From: Hydrolagus affinis
Taxonomy: Eukaryota
Assembly (NCBI GenBank): GCA_012026655.1
Contig: JAAILG010002100.1
Span: 1-57,902 of the forward strand
Direction of reading: 5' to 3'
DNA: 57,902 nt
Numbering within the stretch: position 1 is the first letter of the stretch; every line of letters starts with the position of its first letter. A program made the translations under genes and the position numbers. Below are positions 46,290 through 57,902 of this stretch, one piece after another. The notes under the pieces were generated by a model that ran no database searches, was not told where the DNA came from, and was given only the letters and a program-made list of their open reading frames with translations.

Positions 46290-47879
46290 CCTCTCTGTGA
46301 GAGACTAAATTGTGCTTTTGACATTAACTCTAGCCTTCTAGGACCAGAAGCCCCATTCACAAAAAGCAGTACTTAACTGTAGATCCGAGTCTGATCTAAA
46401 TGGCAACCCTCAGGGTTATTAATTACAAAAAATCAAGGAAGCAACAAATATGAGTTTTTTGTTCAAGCATTCGTTCACAAGCATTCGAACATTTTTCAAT
46501 TGATTTGAAGGTGATCTCCTGCTTCCTAAGCTTTCCAATATGACTAGGAGTCTTCCAATTTTAACTGTGATCCCTCTGGCTTGTTTTGCTGAACTCCACC
46601 CTTTCCCCCCCACCCCCCCCACTCCACCCTATTGATAAAATCTGCCGTGCGCTCTCAATAGATAATTTGGTGTCTGGGACCCATATGATTCCATCAATGA
46701 TGTGACATTACCAAACATGGTGGGGAGGGGGGTGGGTGGGGGTGGGGGGTAGAGAATGCACACTGATTGACACCAATCTGGTTTAATATTGCCCAGCTTT
46801 ATCCTGTCCCTAATAATTTGGTTCAAGGGGCTTTTATGTTTGAACAATGTTGTACGGTGGGAGTCTTTACCTCTCCGCCCCCCCCCGTCACCGACATCCC
46901 CTCGCCCGCTAGTCCTCTCCTCGCAGTTGTCAATAGGGAAGCACATTCCCGTAATGCACTGGACCAACCGAACACACCCAGTTTGATGTGACGACTTACT
47001 GCAATCCCATTCCTGATCTGAGGACTGATCCTCGCGACAGTACTGTTTTGTGAATGACTGCTACCATAGATTTACAAAGCTGAACCTGTTCCACAGATGT
47101 TTGTCTTTGTTGTGGTGAAGACAGTTCTACGTTGTACCTGCAGCTTTTTCAAACTTACATTCATTACGTATGGTAATATTGCTGTTGTCTACAACGATCG
47201 TGTGGGGGCAGAACTTGCACAAAGGATGCTCTGAGAGATTTTATTATAATGCTTTGTAACCCAACTGGGCATTTTTATTTTGTACAAAACCTATTTTGCA
47301 ACTGGTAACATTGTATTTGTGCAGAGCACAGAATTAGTGGTCTGAATCACTGGATATGCTGTATTAACTAAAAAAAATTATCGAGAGAGAGAGAAAGAGA
47401 GAGGAGCTCAGTATTTTTCTTGCTCTCTACGAGAATGTGTTTTACAGGGTAAACTTTTGCATACAGTGTAGGTCAGCGAATGGGATCAGGAGTGCTGTAC
47501 ATTTAACCCTTTGAATGACCGTTTGTCTTGGCTACTTTCAAATGGAACACTTGTGATTTTCTTTTTAAAAAGAGAGCTGCCGTGTGGAGAGTAGGAAGGC
47601 CGAAAGAGTCTGTCGGAGGCTTTAACCCCACCTGAAAATCACCTCCAAAACTCCCTACCCGTTAACAATCCAATTACATACGCTCTGTGTGAATGAACTA
47701 AATTTTGCTGGGAATATATAGTTAATTATTTAATACATCGTGGTAGCATTAAGTAACAACAATAAATTATATTTGTATTGCGCCTTCCATGTCGGGAGGA
47801 CATCCCAAGGTGCTGAGTAAATAACTTTAATCATCAGTTCTATTCCCTCAGCTCCTCGACTCAAAGCCCCTGATTTGTT

Positions 47880-48170
47880 GTGAGCACAAATCCATGGGTA
47901 TTCTCACTTTGTGGTCCCATACACATAGAAATTCAACACATACAGACCATCAGAACAGTCTGATCCTATCCTAGCCTGAAGCCCACGCATTTTTTGGTGC
48001 ATGTGTGTATGTGTATCCTTGGATAACAAATCAATTGGAGGAACCTTGGCTGATTCTCCCTTCTCCCCTACCACAGAAGTACTGAAACCAATTCAGGTTA
48101 CAACAGGGCTGTCAGCGTAAAAAGAGGAAAGGGATTGCACTCAGTCCCATCCTGGTCTGTGTGGCTCACA
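47880..48170 (-). mobile_element. AmnSINE2-like relic in the putative 3'UTR
   Basis: ggaaccttggctgattctcccttctccccta and cctggtctgtgtggctca are reverse complements of family motifs. Confidence 0.5.
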
Positions 48171-49609
48171 CGCAGTACATTTGCCCACTGAAACATCAAG
48201 AAAGCTTGGCATCAGCCTTTGCACAATTGATGTGTGCTGTAGAGCAGTCAAAACGCTCTAGTGCCAATACAACACTCCTCTTTAGAAGCCTGAAGATTTA
48301 CACCTGGAAGAATAGCAAGATTAGCTTGAGGCCACTGGAAGTGCTCATAAGGGTTTTCAGTTGACACTGATGAGATTCTGACAGATAGGCGAGTCTTTAA
48401 AAAATTCTACGGTAGTGATTTAGGTGATTGCTGCAAACCCAAAAGCTTATCGTTTTGGAAACGGAACAGGGATTGAATCGTTTTTTTTAAAGAAAAAATA
48501 GTCCACTTCAAATGCTTAAATGGAAGGGCAGAGTGTTATTAATGGCTTTGCGCATATCTAATCAGTGAGCTGAAGGTTGAACGAGAGCCTCCGGAGGGAG
48601 ACCTCAAAAGATTCCCAGCGCTCATTTAATTTGATTTATGAACTTCCAACATGATTTAGAGCAGAGAAATGATTGCATTTAATTGGCTTCCTTTTAATCT
48701 TCTCTCACCTCCACTCCCCCACTCCCCCCTTCCGCTCCCCCCCCCCCCCCCATGTATTACAAAACAACAGACAACACAGTTCCTGAAAGTATTTCCTGCT
48801 GTTCTCAAACAGTTAAATGTACATTACAGACCAAACCAGGGCAACCACCTATTGATTGATTGGACAGTGCAGTGGCGGAGATTATACAAAAGGTCAGAAA
48901 GATTTGATCTGATTTGACGGGATTACTGAGTGACAATTCAGTAAAAATATCACTTGGGAGTTTGCTAGGCTTTGGATTTTGTTCCATACACCAATGGTAC
49001 GAAGATACTTTTGATATCTTTACCATTCCTAAGGCCGTTTTGTTGGTCTCTGCAAAAGGTGGTCACCCTGGAACCAAACACACAGGTTGGATAAATCGCA
49101 AGTACTGTGGCACGTAGAGCATTGATGCCAAACTGTCCGCGTGGCAAGACATGTGGAGATTTACAGCAGAATCTTCCCCCAAGTTTCCTTCTCACTGTTG
49201 GTGGCACAAGGTGGTGTGGGTGCATCAAGTCTCCCAAGATATTGCTCTGGTGTTTTTCCACTTCCAAAAAAAAAGCATGAGGTACTTGGGAGGGAGGGAA
49301 TGTACCAGTCCAAATATGGGTAAGATTAGCAAAACGAAAGACCCACACAAAAAAAAAAACAGCGTTTGTATTGTACAAAATAAAGTTAGTTGTATTGAAG
49401 CCTAAGGTTAGGTTTCAGGTGGTGTATAAATGTAACCTTCTGTAATAATAGACGTCACTAAGCCATCTCCCAATTTTGCTTTTGAATCAACAACGAAAAA
49501 CCATATTCATTTTATCTTGTTCTTTCACCTTATGTTTTTAAAGCCTCACCTGTCCTGGCCAACAATCCCCCTCCCCCACCAAATACAAACCAGTCACTCA
49601 CTTCGCGGT

Positions 49610-49765
49610 TGTTTGAGGGACGCTGCCGGGTGTGAGCTGGCTGCTGCGTTTGCCCACCCGGCCACGCACCGCACAGTCACGACACTTCACAGTTAAATCC
49701 CGTCAAGCGCTTTGAGACATCCTCCTGATGTGAGAGACGCTATAGCAAATGTAAAGATTATTGTT
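49610..49765 (+). mobile_element. SINE/L2 3' tail in the putative 3'UTR
   Basis: ggctgctgcgtttgcccac...caagcgctttgagacatc...cgctatagcaaatgtaaagattattg. Confidence 0.7.
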
Positions 49766-51334
49766 TTATTTTTGGAGATGTATGGTCAGTATAGTTGACT
49801 CTTTTTAACAATTACCAGGCACTCCGTGTGACCGTTTTCTGAATAGCCAATGTGCTACCTGGAGTGATATCAGCCTTGCTTGACACCATAATGAACTCCG
49901 ACCACCCCCTCCACCCCCACCCCCCCCACCGTTGAACCTTTCTTTCCAAAGAGGGATTTGGATACGCAAACACAGGTGGTCTGATGGCCATCAGCCGCCT
50001 CCCAGATAGCTTTCCAAAGAAGAAGTACAGTTAAATCACCTAGTTTTATTCCTGTGCTTCCAACCGGAGACACTGACCGTGATCGAAATGAACCTTTGGT
50101 GATCTACCAATCACTCGTGCACTTATCGCCACTCTTTACGTTAACAGACAACGGGACGTTTCAGGGAGAATGCAGAGAATCACTGCTTCACATCTGCACG
50201 AGAGGTTCGATCTTTTACTTAGAAGGGGGTGGTGAGGGGGTGCCCGAGTTGTAAAAACAAAACAAGTTCCGAGTTTCAATTTGATGAGTGGAACTGAAGG
50301 CTTGATTCAAACCAGATGAGAGATCCTGTCTTGGGTTCTGTCCGTGCGGAGTCCCCTTTTACATTCGAGTGCAACTGCACAATTCTATTGCAAGACAAAT
50401 GTCTGTCGGTTTCCACTCCCATCAACATGTTAATCTCCGACACTGACACGACACAATACCATTGACACCCTTCCCCCGCACCCATTAATTGGGAGTTCTG
50501 CTACTTTGCCCCCCTTTTGCAACTTGCCCCATGAGGGAAAGTTGGGTTCTGCACGGTACATAGGAGCTCCTGGTATATCATTTAGAGTGAGTGTGTGAGA
50601 GTGAGGACAAGGATTGTTTTTCGTAATAGTTAAATATGTTATATAGTGCATTGCTGTGTAAATTCTGTTGTATTTTGCTTGACATTCATTCACTAGTGCA
50701 AGATTCCACTATGCTACCAAGTTTCCCTTGTTTACGCTGGTCGGTCCACTTTCTCCTCTTGCCCCCCACCCCACCCTCTCCCCAGCCCCATTCACCGGCA
50801 GCACCTGTAAATATCACTTGCACTGTCCTAGCTCGAAGACAACATCGCTTCTTACCATTAATTTCCCTGTAAACCTACATGCCACTTCTTTAGAGACAGT
50901 AGACATCCACACATTTAATTGATACTCTTCGAACACGAGCATTTTTTAAGATAAAAGTATTTGTTAATTCAACATGTACGAATTGATTATTCTATTTGTG
51001 TCCTAAATCCTGTTTTTTTTTGTAGATAAATTTGTTTTGATTAAAAGTTAACAGGAACTTTCATTTTGACCTACCTTACCAACTGGCCTGTGGCAGGTGT
51101 CGAAAACTTTTTGTACCTTCTTCTCTGACCTTAACATTTGTAGCTGTTCGGACCGATATTGTTCGTTCCATTTTAGCAGTTTGCATTTTTTTAGGAGGAA
51201 AGAAAAAAAAATATTTAAAAAAAATTGTATTTATACTTATACGGTATATTCATGTGTCCTGTGCTTTTTTTAGATGATGGTTCGTAAAATTGTATTAGAA
51301 ATTTCAAATCATGTAACAAGTGAAACAATGAAAC

Positions 51335-51349
51335 AATAAAATTAATAAA
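51335..51349 (+). promoter_or_regulatory. Tandem polyadenylation signals (AATAAA x2)
   Basis: aaacAATAAAattAATAAAtg, with upstream TGTA motifs and downstream ggtttgtttc / gtggtgtgtgtg. Confidence 0.65.
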
Positions 51350-52639
51350 TGTTTGCAGTTTTCACTGAATCGGTTTGTTTCAAATGTTTATTCGACAGGG
51401 TTCATTCTGTTTACACTTCATTGCTCCTGGCTCACTTGTGGTGTGTGTGTGTGGGTCCAGAAATCCTCCTGTACACTAACTAAATGGTTAAATATTTGAG
51501 TCTGTTTAGAGGCTGGTCGATGATGCAGATTAAAGACTAAAACTTGTTGACACAGTGGTGCGTGTCTGCAAGAACAATTTCAGATCCAGTGCAGAATGCC
51601 AGGGGAAGAGTTTGTAATGAACTGCGGATATAATAAAAACCAGCTCCTGCATGTTCCTGTAATCCCAACTGTTGGCATAGGTTAGAATTAATAAATAAGA
51701 AGGTTAGAATGGATGACCTGCATACAATTATGAATCCACTTTGCACTAGATCATTCTGTGAACCGCTTTGAGGCGTCTCAACGATGTGACAGGGTGGTCT
51801 TATCAATTGCAAGGGAACTTACAGAAAGAAAATAACTTGTTCGCTATCCAAGCACATGAAGAAAGGCCACTGGGTGAGGTACCGGAGCTTGTGAAACCAC
51901 AGCAGTGAGGATTAATAATGTAAACACAAAATACTACAGATGCTGGGAATCTGAAAACAAAACAAAAGTTACTGGGGAAACTCAGCAGGTCAAGCAGCAT
52001 CCATGGAGGATTTCTCCAGGATTAATAATGTCTTGAGAATGGCAGAAAATTATTAGAGGAAAAGAAAATCTTCTTGCAAACGAGAATCATCAGCCTCTGT
52101 GTTTAGGGACAAGAATAACTATAATGTAGAATGCAATTAAACCTCCTTCCAAGCCAGTTTTAGACCTCAACCTCCTATAATTATACTCTAATCACTGAAT
52201 GTCTCCGTGCAACACACTATCCAATTAAAAGTATTAGGTTAGGAACGCAGGGGGTTATTCTTGCTAAAGATGGAAGTTGATGAGAAGTGACGTAGAGAAG
52301 TGAATGATCAATTTTATTGGGGGATTGACAGGACACAAGGAGAAACTCCATTCCCTACAAAGCAGCAGTCTCGCTGTCCTGTTACATATTTCTAATGAAT
52401 AATAATAATCCTTATTGTTAATATTGGTGTGGTGGTTGTTGTTGTGGTGGTTTTCATTGCTGTGGTGGTTGCTGTTCAATTCTAACTTGGATTTGTATTT
52501 CAAATCTAGATTTTGTCTAGATAAAGGAAGTAAGAATGGATGGGTTGAAACTTGCCAAGGGAGAAACTGAAAGAGATATACTGCACACCACATCGAAACT
52601 GCGAGAGGAGCAAATAGCACAAACAAGAATCTGGGCTGC

Positions 52640-52940
52640 ATTGCAGCTCAAATAATTGAGTTCAGATCCCCAGGCCTGTGTTCAGATCCAGGCAAGGCAA
52701 AACCTTGGGCAAGTTTCCTTGCTCCACATATCTGATAATAATCCCTCAACAAAAAAACAATAATAAAATTGGTCATCTAAATCCACGACTGTTTTGTGGG
52801 ACACTGCTGTGTGCAATTGGCTGCCGCATTTCTCTCACAAATATCAGTCAATTCACTCACAGTATATTCTGTGAAGCGCTTTGAGACATCTAGAAGACGT
52901 GAAAAGTGCTACATCAAATGCAAGGATTATTATTATTATT
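52640..52940 (+). mobile_element. tRNA-headed SINE (main family), degenerate head
   Basis: ggcaaaaccttgggcaagtttccttgctccac...caaatgcaaggattattattattatt. Confidence 0.88.
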
Positions 52941-53880
52941 AGTGACAACAGCAATAAATTTCATCTATATGGTGCCATTCACATTGGATGGAGTCCTGGA
53001 GCTCTTAACACAGTGACTGAGACAGACTGACACAAATCACTGAGGGGATTCTAGAACGATGAAATCAAATGACCCCAAGAGGCCTTGTGCATTTGAATGT
53101 TTCTTGTGATCTTGCGAAGCACCTCACCCCTGGAGAACTGTAGAAGATGAAGAAGGCACTTTGGCTTAACTGATCTCATCCTTCCTCCATCTGCAGCTCT
53201 GTCAAAACAGGATGCTGCGTGCTTGTGTGTGTGTGTGTGTGTGTGTGCGTGAGAGAAAGAGGGAGAGAGATGGTTCATTGGCTTATTGAAATGAAGAAAA
53301 CATTCTGTAATAATCACAACAATGCCTCACACCCAGCACAAAGCATCTTCACCAGGAATGGATCAAAAAAGAGATATATTCAGATAATATATGCTTGCTG
53401 GAGACTGCGAAGAACAAAACCAAAAGCTTGTTTTTTGCAGTGCGGTCTGTATTTGCAGTGTGATGTGCACCTTTAATCAGATTTTGTCGGGATCAAAGCA
53501 TTACATAACCTCATTGTCCTGTTAACCATCTGATGAACAAATAATGTATTATTTTGTATTAGATTTGGGATTAGGATGGTGATCTGGATTTCCTGCTAAT
53601 GCTGGATTAAAATAAGTAAATAAGCAGAGCCTTTTTCAACGGGCCATCAATCGAATCAAGCCTCCCAGAAACATCTGAAATAGCCATTTATATTTTTGCC
53701 AAATAGATTGGATTTCTGCATCGTGCTCCATTCCCAACTTGATTTCTTACTGGACTCAATCTGAAACAAGCATTAAAAGACAAAAGGATTGGGGAAACAT
53801 TTGCGATCAGATCCCTGACCTTGTAATTATTTGTCTTGTTGATATTATGATTGTATATTAATAATAATCCTTCCATTTAT

Positions 53881-54128
53881 ATAATAATCATTTGTATTCT
53901 ATGTTCGAATACAAAGATATGTTGTACGTTCCCTTATACGTTGGAAGACTCAAAGTGCTTCATAGGATTTATGTTGAAGTGGAGTGACTGTGTATTTGTA
54001 GGCAACAGTGTGGCACATTTACGCACATCATTGCAACAATTAACCAATCTTATTTGGAGGATGTTGGCCAGGACACCAGGTGAACCTCATTTCTCTTTTC
54101 AAACAGTGCCATGGGATGTTTAATATCC
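53881..54128 (-). mobile_element. Deu-type SINE 3' portion
   Basis: Tail plus ggaggatgttggccaggacaccagg...cagtgccatgggat. Confidence 0.6.
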
Positions 54129-55131
54129 GCACAGTGTATATAAATGGAAATGATCCTGTGTTTGGAATGGAAAGTATATTCTATCTTGAAGAGGTATGCA
54201 TCCTGCTGACTTAATTCTGTTGAGAAATAGGCACATAGGCAAGAGCCAAAGCTTGCGGACATCAGAATCCTCTGAGTGGATAGGATCATCAAAGCCTAAA
54301 ATTTGCTCAACAAATTGCACTCTCCCACCTTTTGTGCAGTTGACTCTGCTACAGATGGTTGGGTCAGACTCCATCTCCGCAAAGTGCTCCCTTTAAATCC
54401 CAATGACACCCTCAAGGATCTGTTGTGCCACACCAGACTTGTCCAGCACTGGGCACTTGGGAAAATGGGATTGGCCCGGAGGGACTGTTCTGGTCATAAT
54501 GACGATCTTTCTTCAGCTGGCTGGAATCTGCCATAGGAAGAGTTGGAAGAGTAGAAAAGCTCCATTGCCAATCCAATCCGATTCCATTTCCATCTTTTAC
54601 AACATACAGAGAGACTGCACTGGAACCATTTGTTAATCATTCTCTCATGCACACAACAAATTACAATCTGTACTGATATCACCGCTCTCCTTCCCACTCC
54701 CAGGCAAATGTAGATTTTCCATTACAATGCTTTTGTTGTGCCATGGTCCTTGGGAGATTCACGTAAGATCATATCTTTATAACTCCAGGCTGGTAGATTA
54801 AGCTGCTTCTTATATAAGTAATTCCTGGTAACGGGCATGTTTACCACTTACTCCCCATTTCCTCTGAAATGTATCTCAAATAATTTGAAAAGAATTTTGA
54901 GATGTGTGTTTCTTTCCCCTCTCTTTTGTTATTTATTCCTTGCCAAAGGAATTGACTCATACCAGGATAAGGCTTTATAAATGTCAATGCCTTTGTCCAT
55001 AACTCGTGTATGAACCTTGCTTGTGAGTGTGGGTGAGCTGTACCCAGATACCATAAGCCAAGCTGAGCCTACAGCAAACAATAGCGACATCCAACTGCAA
55101 GGTGTATGTATGTTGATCTCTTAATATCCTG

Positions 55132-55430
55132 GAGTCCTGGAGCTGAGTGGTTAGAGCACTCATCTTACAAACGAGAGATCTGGGTTCAATTCCAGACAGG
55201 GCAAAATCCTTGGGCGAGTTTCGTTACTCCACACGCTTAAAAGTAATCTCTCCAAAAAACAATAATTTGTCATTTCAATCCACGACTGTTTATGGGACAC
55301 TGCTGTGCGCAATTGACTGGCGCGTTTCGCCCACATATTTAGTCAATTTACTTTGCAGAATATTCTGGGAAGCCCTTTGAGACGTCTGGAAGACGTGAAA
55401 CGCACTGTATCAAATTCAAGGATTATTATT
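55132..55430 (+). mobile_element. Full-length tRNA-headed SINE (main family)
   Basis: gagtcctggagctgagtggttagagcactc...gggttcaattcc...caaggattattatt. Confidence 0.9.
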
Positions 55431-55560
55431 GTAGATGGATCTTCTGTGCGCTACTTTAAGCAGTAAGTTGTAATGGAGGCTTAGGCAGTGAGATGGAGTG
55501 GAACTTCTGCAGAGTGGTGAAAATTTGGTCTGCCGGGAGTTGCAACTTGGAAAAGGTGTT

Positions 55561-55975
55561 ATAATAATAATAATACTTGTATTTGATATACCGCCTCATC
55601 ACTTCATTGTTATGTCTCAAAACGCTTCACAGTATGTCCAGCAAAGCGGAATGACTATGTATTTTGTGAGCGTAAGGCGGTAGCTAAATGTTCACAGCAA
55701 TGTCCCACAAACCACAGTGGCTTGAGTGACCATGTTTTTAATTCGGGAGGATTGTTGGTCAGGAAACCGGGAGAAATGCCCTTTTCTTTACCGCATAGCA
55801 CAGCGAATACAGGCAGAAGGGACTTCAGGTTCATGTCTTTCGGAGTTCGGCATCTCTGATAATGCGACACCCCATCATCAGCACTGCATTGGAGCATGTG
55901 CTTTGGGTATATGATTCCATACTCCGACCTGGGGCTTGAACCCACAACCTTCTAACTCAAGAGATACTACTGTGT
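55561..55975 (-). mobile_element. Near full-length Deu-domain tRNA SINE
   Basis: Tail (aat)n, core cggcatctctgataatgc...cagcactgcattggag, and reverse B-box ggggcttgaacccacaacc. Confidence 0.75.
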
Positions 55976-56927
55976 CTGGCTGACAGTATTCTATAATCTA
56001 GTGCTTAGGTTTAAAAATTAAGTTTACAGAGAGAGTAAAGCTTAATTAGTTTATATAAGCTTGAGTGGCTGTGGGTGTGAGTTTGCGTGTGTGTTTGTGT
56101 TTCAGAATTGTGTAGATGGGGCTGGTTTGCGGTTTCTATTTTGAATGAAGTGTTAACTGAGGTATCACAAAACAGCTTTCTTGTCCAGTTATGAAATAGA
56201 GACAAAACAAGTCGAGTGAGATTCTCAACAGACACAAACTGCTACTGGCGTTGGGATACATTACAGCATAAGTTTATTTTTGGGATCTTGGTTTCTGAGG
56301 GAGGTGCTACAGGAAGTTCAAGCTAATAATATCTGAAATGCTTAGGTTAAGTGAAAAATTTTCAGAGGCTAATTGAGACTTTTTTTGAGTGGGTAAATTT
56401 CCATAATCTATCATCAGGGAAAGAACAACTGAACATCCAGATAAATATGCAGAGACCACAAAGAACCAACATGGGTATATGAAAGGTATATGATTTCTCA
56501 TAGCTACCATAGAATTCTTTGCCAGAATCACAGCAGAGATAAATAAAGGGAGGTGTCACAAAGAATGAACTACATGGAGTGATATGACACTGGAAAACAG
56601 ATATTCAGTCAAACAAATTCATTTCCGGTGTTTGTACTGCAATCAAGCCCCATCGCTCCTATTCCCCTCATCTACACCACTCTATTTCCTTCACCCTAAG
56701 GAATTTCGACTTCAAAACTCCTGAATCTGAACCCAAATCATTCATATATGTCAGGGCGGTCCAACTTTTCAGCTGCTGATGCCCTATTTGAGAAACGTCT
56801 GAGGCCACGTAAACAATATTTTTGTATTTCCCTTCAAGAAACATAATATTAAAGGGTTGTGGAGGCAGCCAGATGAAATGACTTCCTCACCATAAAAGGT
56901 GCTCGAGAACAACAACTTGCATTTTTC

Positions 56928-57196
56928 GAGTCCTGCAGCTCAGTGATTAGAACACATGCATGGCAGGCGAGAGACCTGGGTTTGATTCCAGGATTTTTGG
57001 TGGTCAGGGCGAAAATCTTGGGCAAGTTTTCTTACTCCACACAACACACCTGATAATAATCCCTTGAATAAATAATAAATTGGTCATTTCAATCCAGGAC
57101 TGTTGGTGGAGATGCTGCTGTGTGCAATTGGCTGCCACACTTCACCCACAAATGTACAATCAATTCACTTTATAGTATATTCTGTGAAGCGCTTTG
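56928..57196 (+). mobile_element. tRNA-headed SINE (main family), 3'-truncated
   Basis: gagtcctgcagctcagtgattagaac...ctgtgaagcgctttg, then an abrupt end. Confidence 0.88.
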
Positions 57197-57257
57197 CGGC
57201 GGGTAGACCCTACACACTCCAACTCAAGGAAGGTGAATGAACCCCTCCTCCAACCCT

Positions 57258-57902
57258 AAAGCTGTTGCCTCCCAAGGACATGAGTGGCCAGCAGGAGTTC
57301 GAAAGAGGAAAGGAAGTGAGGTTATTGTGAGCCAGTATGGGCTGGAAGTGACGGGGTTGCAGCTGTTACACCCCCCCATGCCCCTCCACCCATTAGCAAC
57401 CCCTTCCCCTGAGTGAGGTTTAAGGCCCACCCCATACATCCCACCCAAAAAAGAGACTGTTGTCTCCCAATGAGGTGAGAGTGACCAACAGGAGGAACTG
57501 AACTAGAGAGGGAAGGAGGAAGAGGACGTGAGTCCATTGCGAGTCGATGGAGACCAGATGTGACCAAGTTCCGGCTGTTATACACGTCCCCACCCAACCC
57601 CCAATGGCACCCCCGATCCCCAACCCACACTCTCTCAACCACTGCCCCCCCCTCTCACTCTCCCCACCCCCCACCCAACACTTAGCAACTCCTTCCGCTC
57701 CATTGTGACTGAAGCCGCCCCCCCACCACCCACCAAAAAGAGACTGTTGTCTCACAATGAGGTGAGAGTGACCAATAGGAGCTGAAACCGGGTGAGCGGA
57801 GTAGGAGAGGAAGTGAGGTCATAGTGAGTCGACAGGAGACCAGATGTGACCGGGTTGAGGTTGTTACACAGCCCCACCCAACCAACCCAGCACCCCCCAA
57901 CC
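57258..57902 (+). repeat. Degenerate long-period tandem repeat (at least 3 units, ~190-290 bp), runs off the window
   Basis: aaaaagagactgttgtctc.caatgaggtgagagtgaccaa.aggag occurs at 57447 and 57735, with a more diverged unit from about 57258. Confidence 0.85.

Larger units (their letters stand above)
46290..51365 (+). other. slc6a6: Probable long 3'UTR of slc6a6 (~5.1 kb)
   Basis: Follows the stop codon, carries fewer full SINEs than the flanks, and ends in an AU-rich block with tandem AATAAA signals followed by GU-rich sequence. The end point is inferred. Confidence 0.6.

Noticed and set aside
51920-52010. Penelope-like terminal fragment
   Set aside because: It resembles a common chondrichthyan repeat from memory, but it is too short to classify with confidence.
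54380-54600. Possible minus-strand LINE RT remnant (QIPAS*RK-like)
   Set aside because: Too decayed to assign by eye; it needs a profile search.
169-57900. Most short ORFs in the six-frame track
   Set aside because: They have no recognisable domains, and many are low-complexity translations of microsatellites, SINEs or antisense exons. This is expected noise in vertebrate intronic DNA.
57258-57902. CRISPR-like repeat-spacer array
   Set aside because: The context is eukaryotic, the repeats are long and diverged, the spacers are low-complexity, and there are no cas genes.

Overview
This is eukaryotic (vertebrate) genomic DNA. Its repeat content (tRNA-headed SINEs with an L2-type tail, Deu-domain SINEs, CR1 and L2 relics) suggests a cartilaginous fish, possibly a chimaera such as Callorhinchus; that assignment is an inference. 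The only gene I can support is slc6a6, the Na+/Cl- dependent taurine transporter TauT, on the + strand. Twelve coding exons run from 18124 to the stop at 46289. All introns are GT-AG and the reading frame is continuous over 1646 nt (about 547 aa). The first coding exon (N-terminus and TM1) is not in the window, so it lies more than 18 kb upstream. A probable ~5 kb 3'UTR ends at tandem AATAAA signals at 51335-51349. The rest is intronic or intergenic DNA dense with SINE, LINE and MITE relics and microsatellites. Apart from the ORFs that overlap slc6a6 exons or LINE relics, the ORF track looks spurious. I found no convincing new biological system. The most interesting signals are (i) inverted SINE pairs around one exon that could give competing dsRNA and back-splicing, (ii) a CpG-rich decayed palindrome with symmetric YY1/ETS-like motifs in an intron, (iii) nested and internally deleted retroelements, (iv) TauT residue differences from mammals, and (v) a degenerate long-period tandem repeat at the right end.
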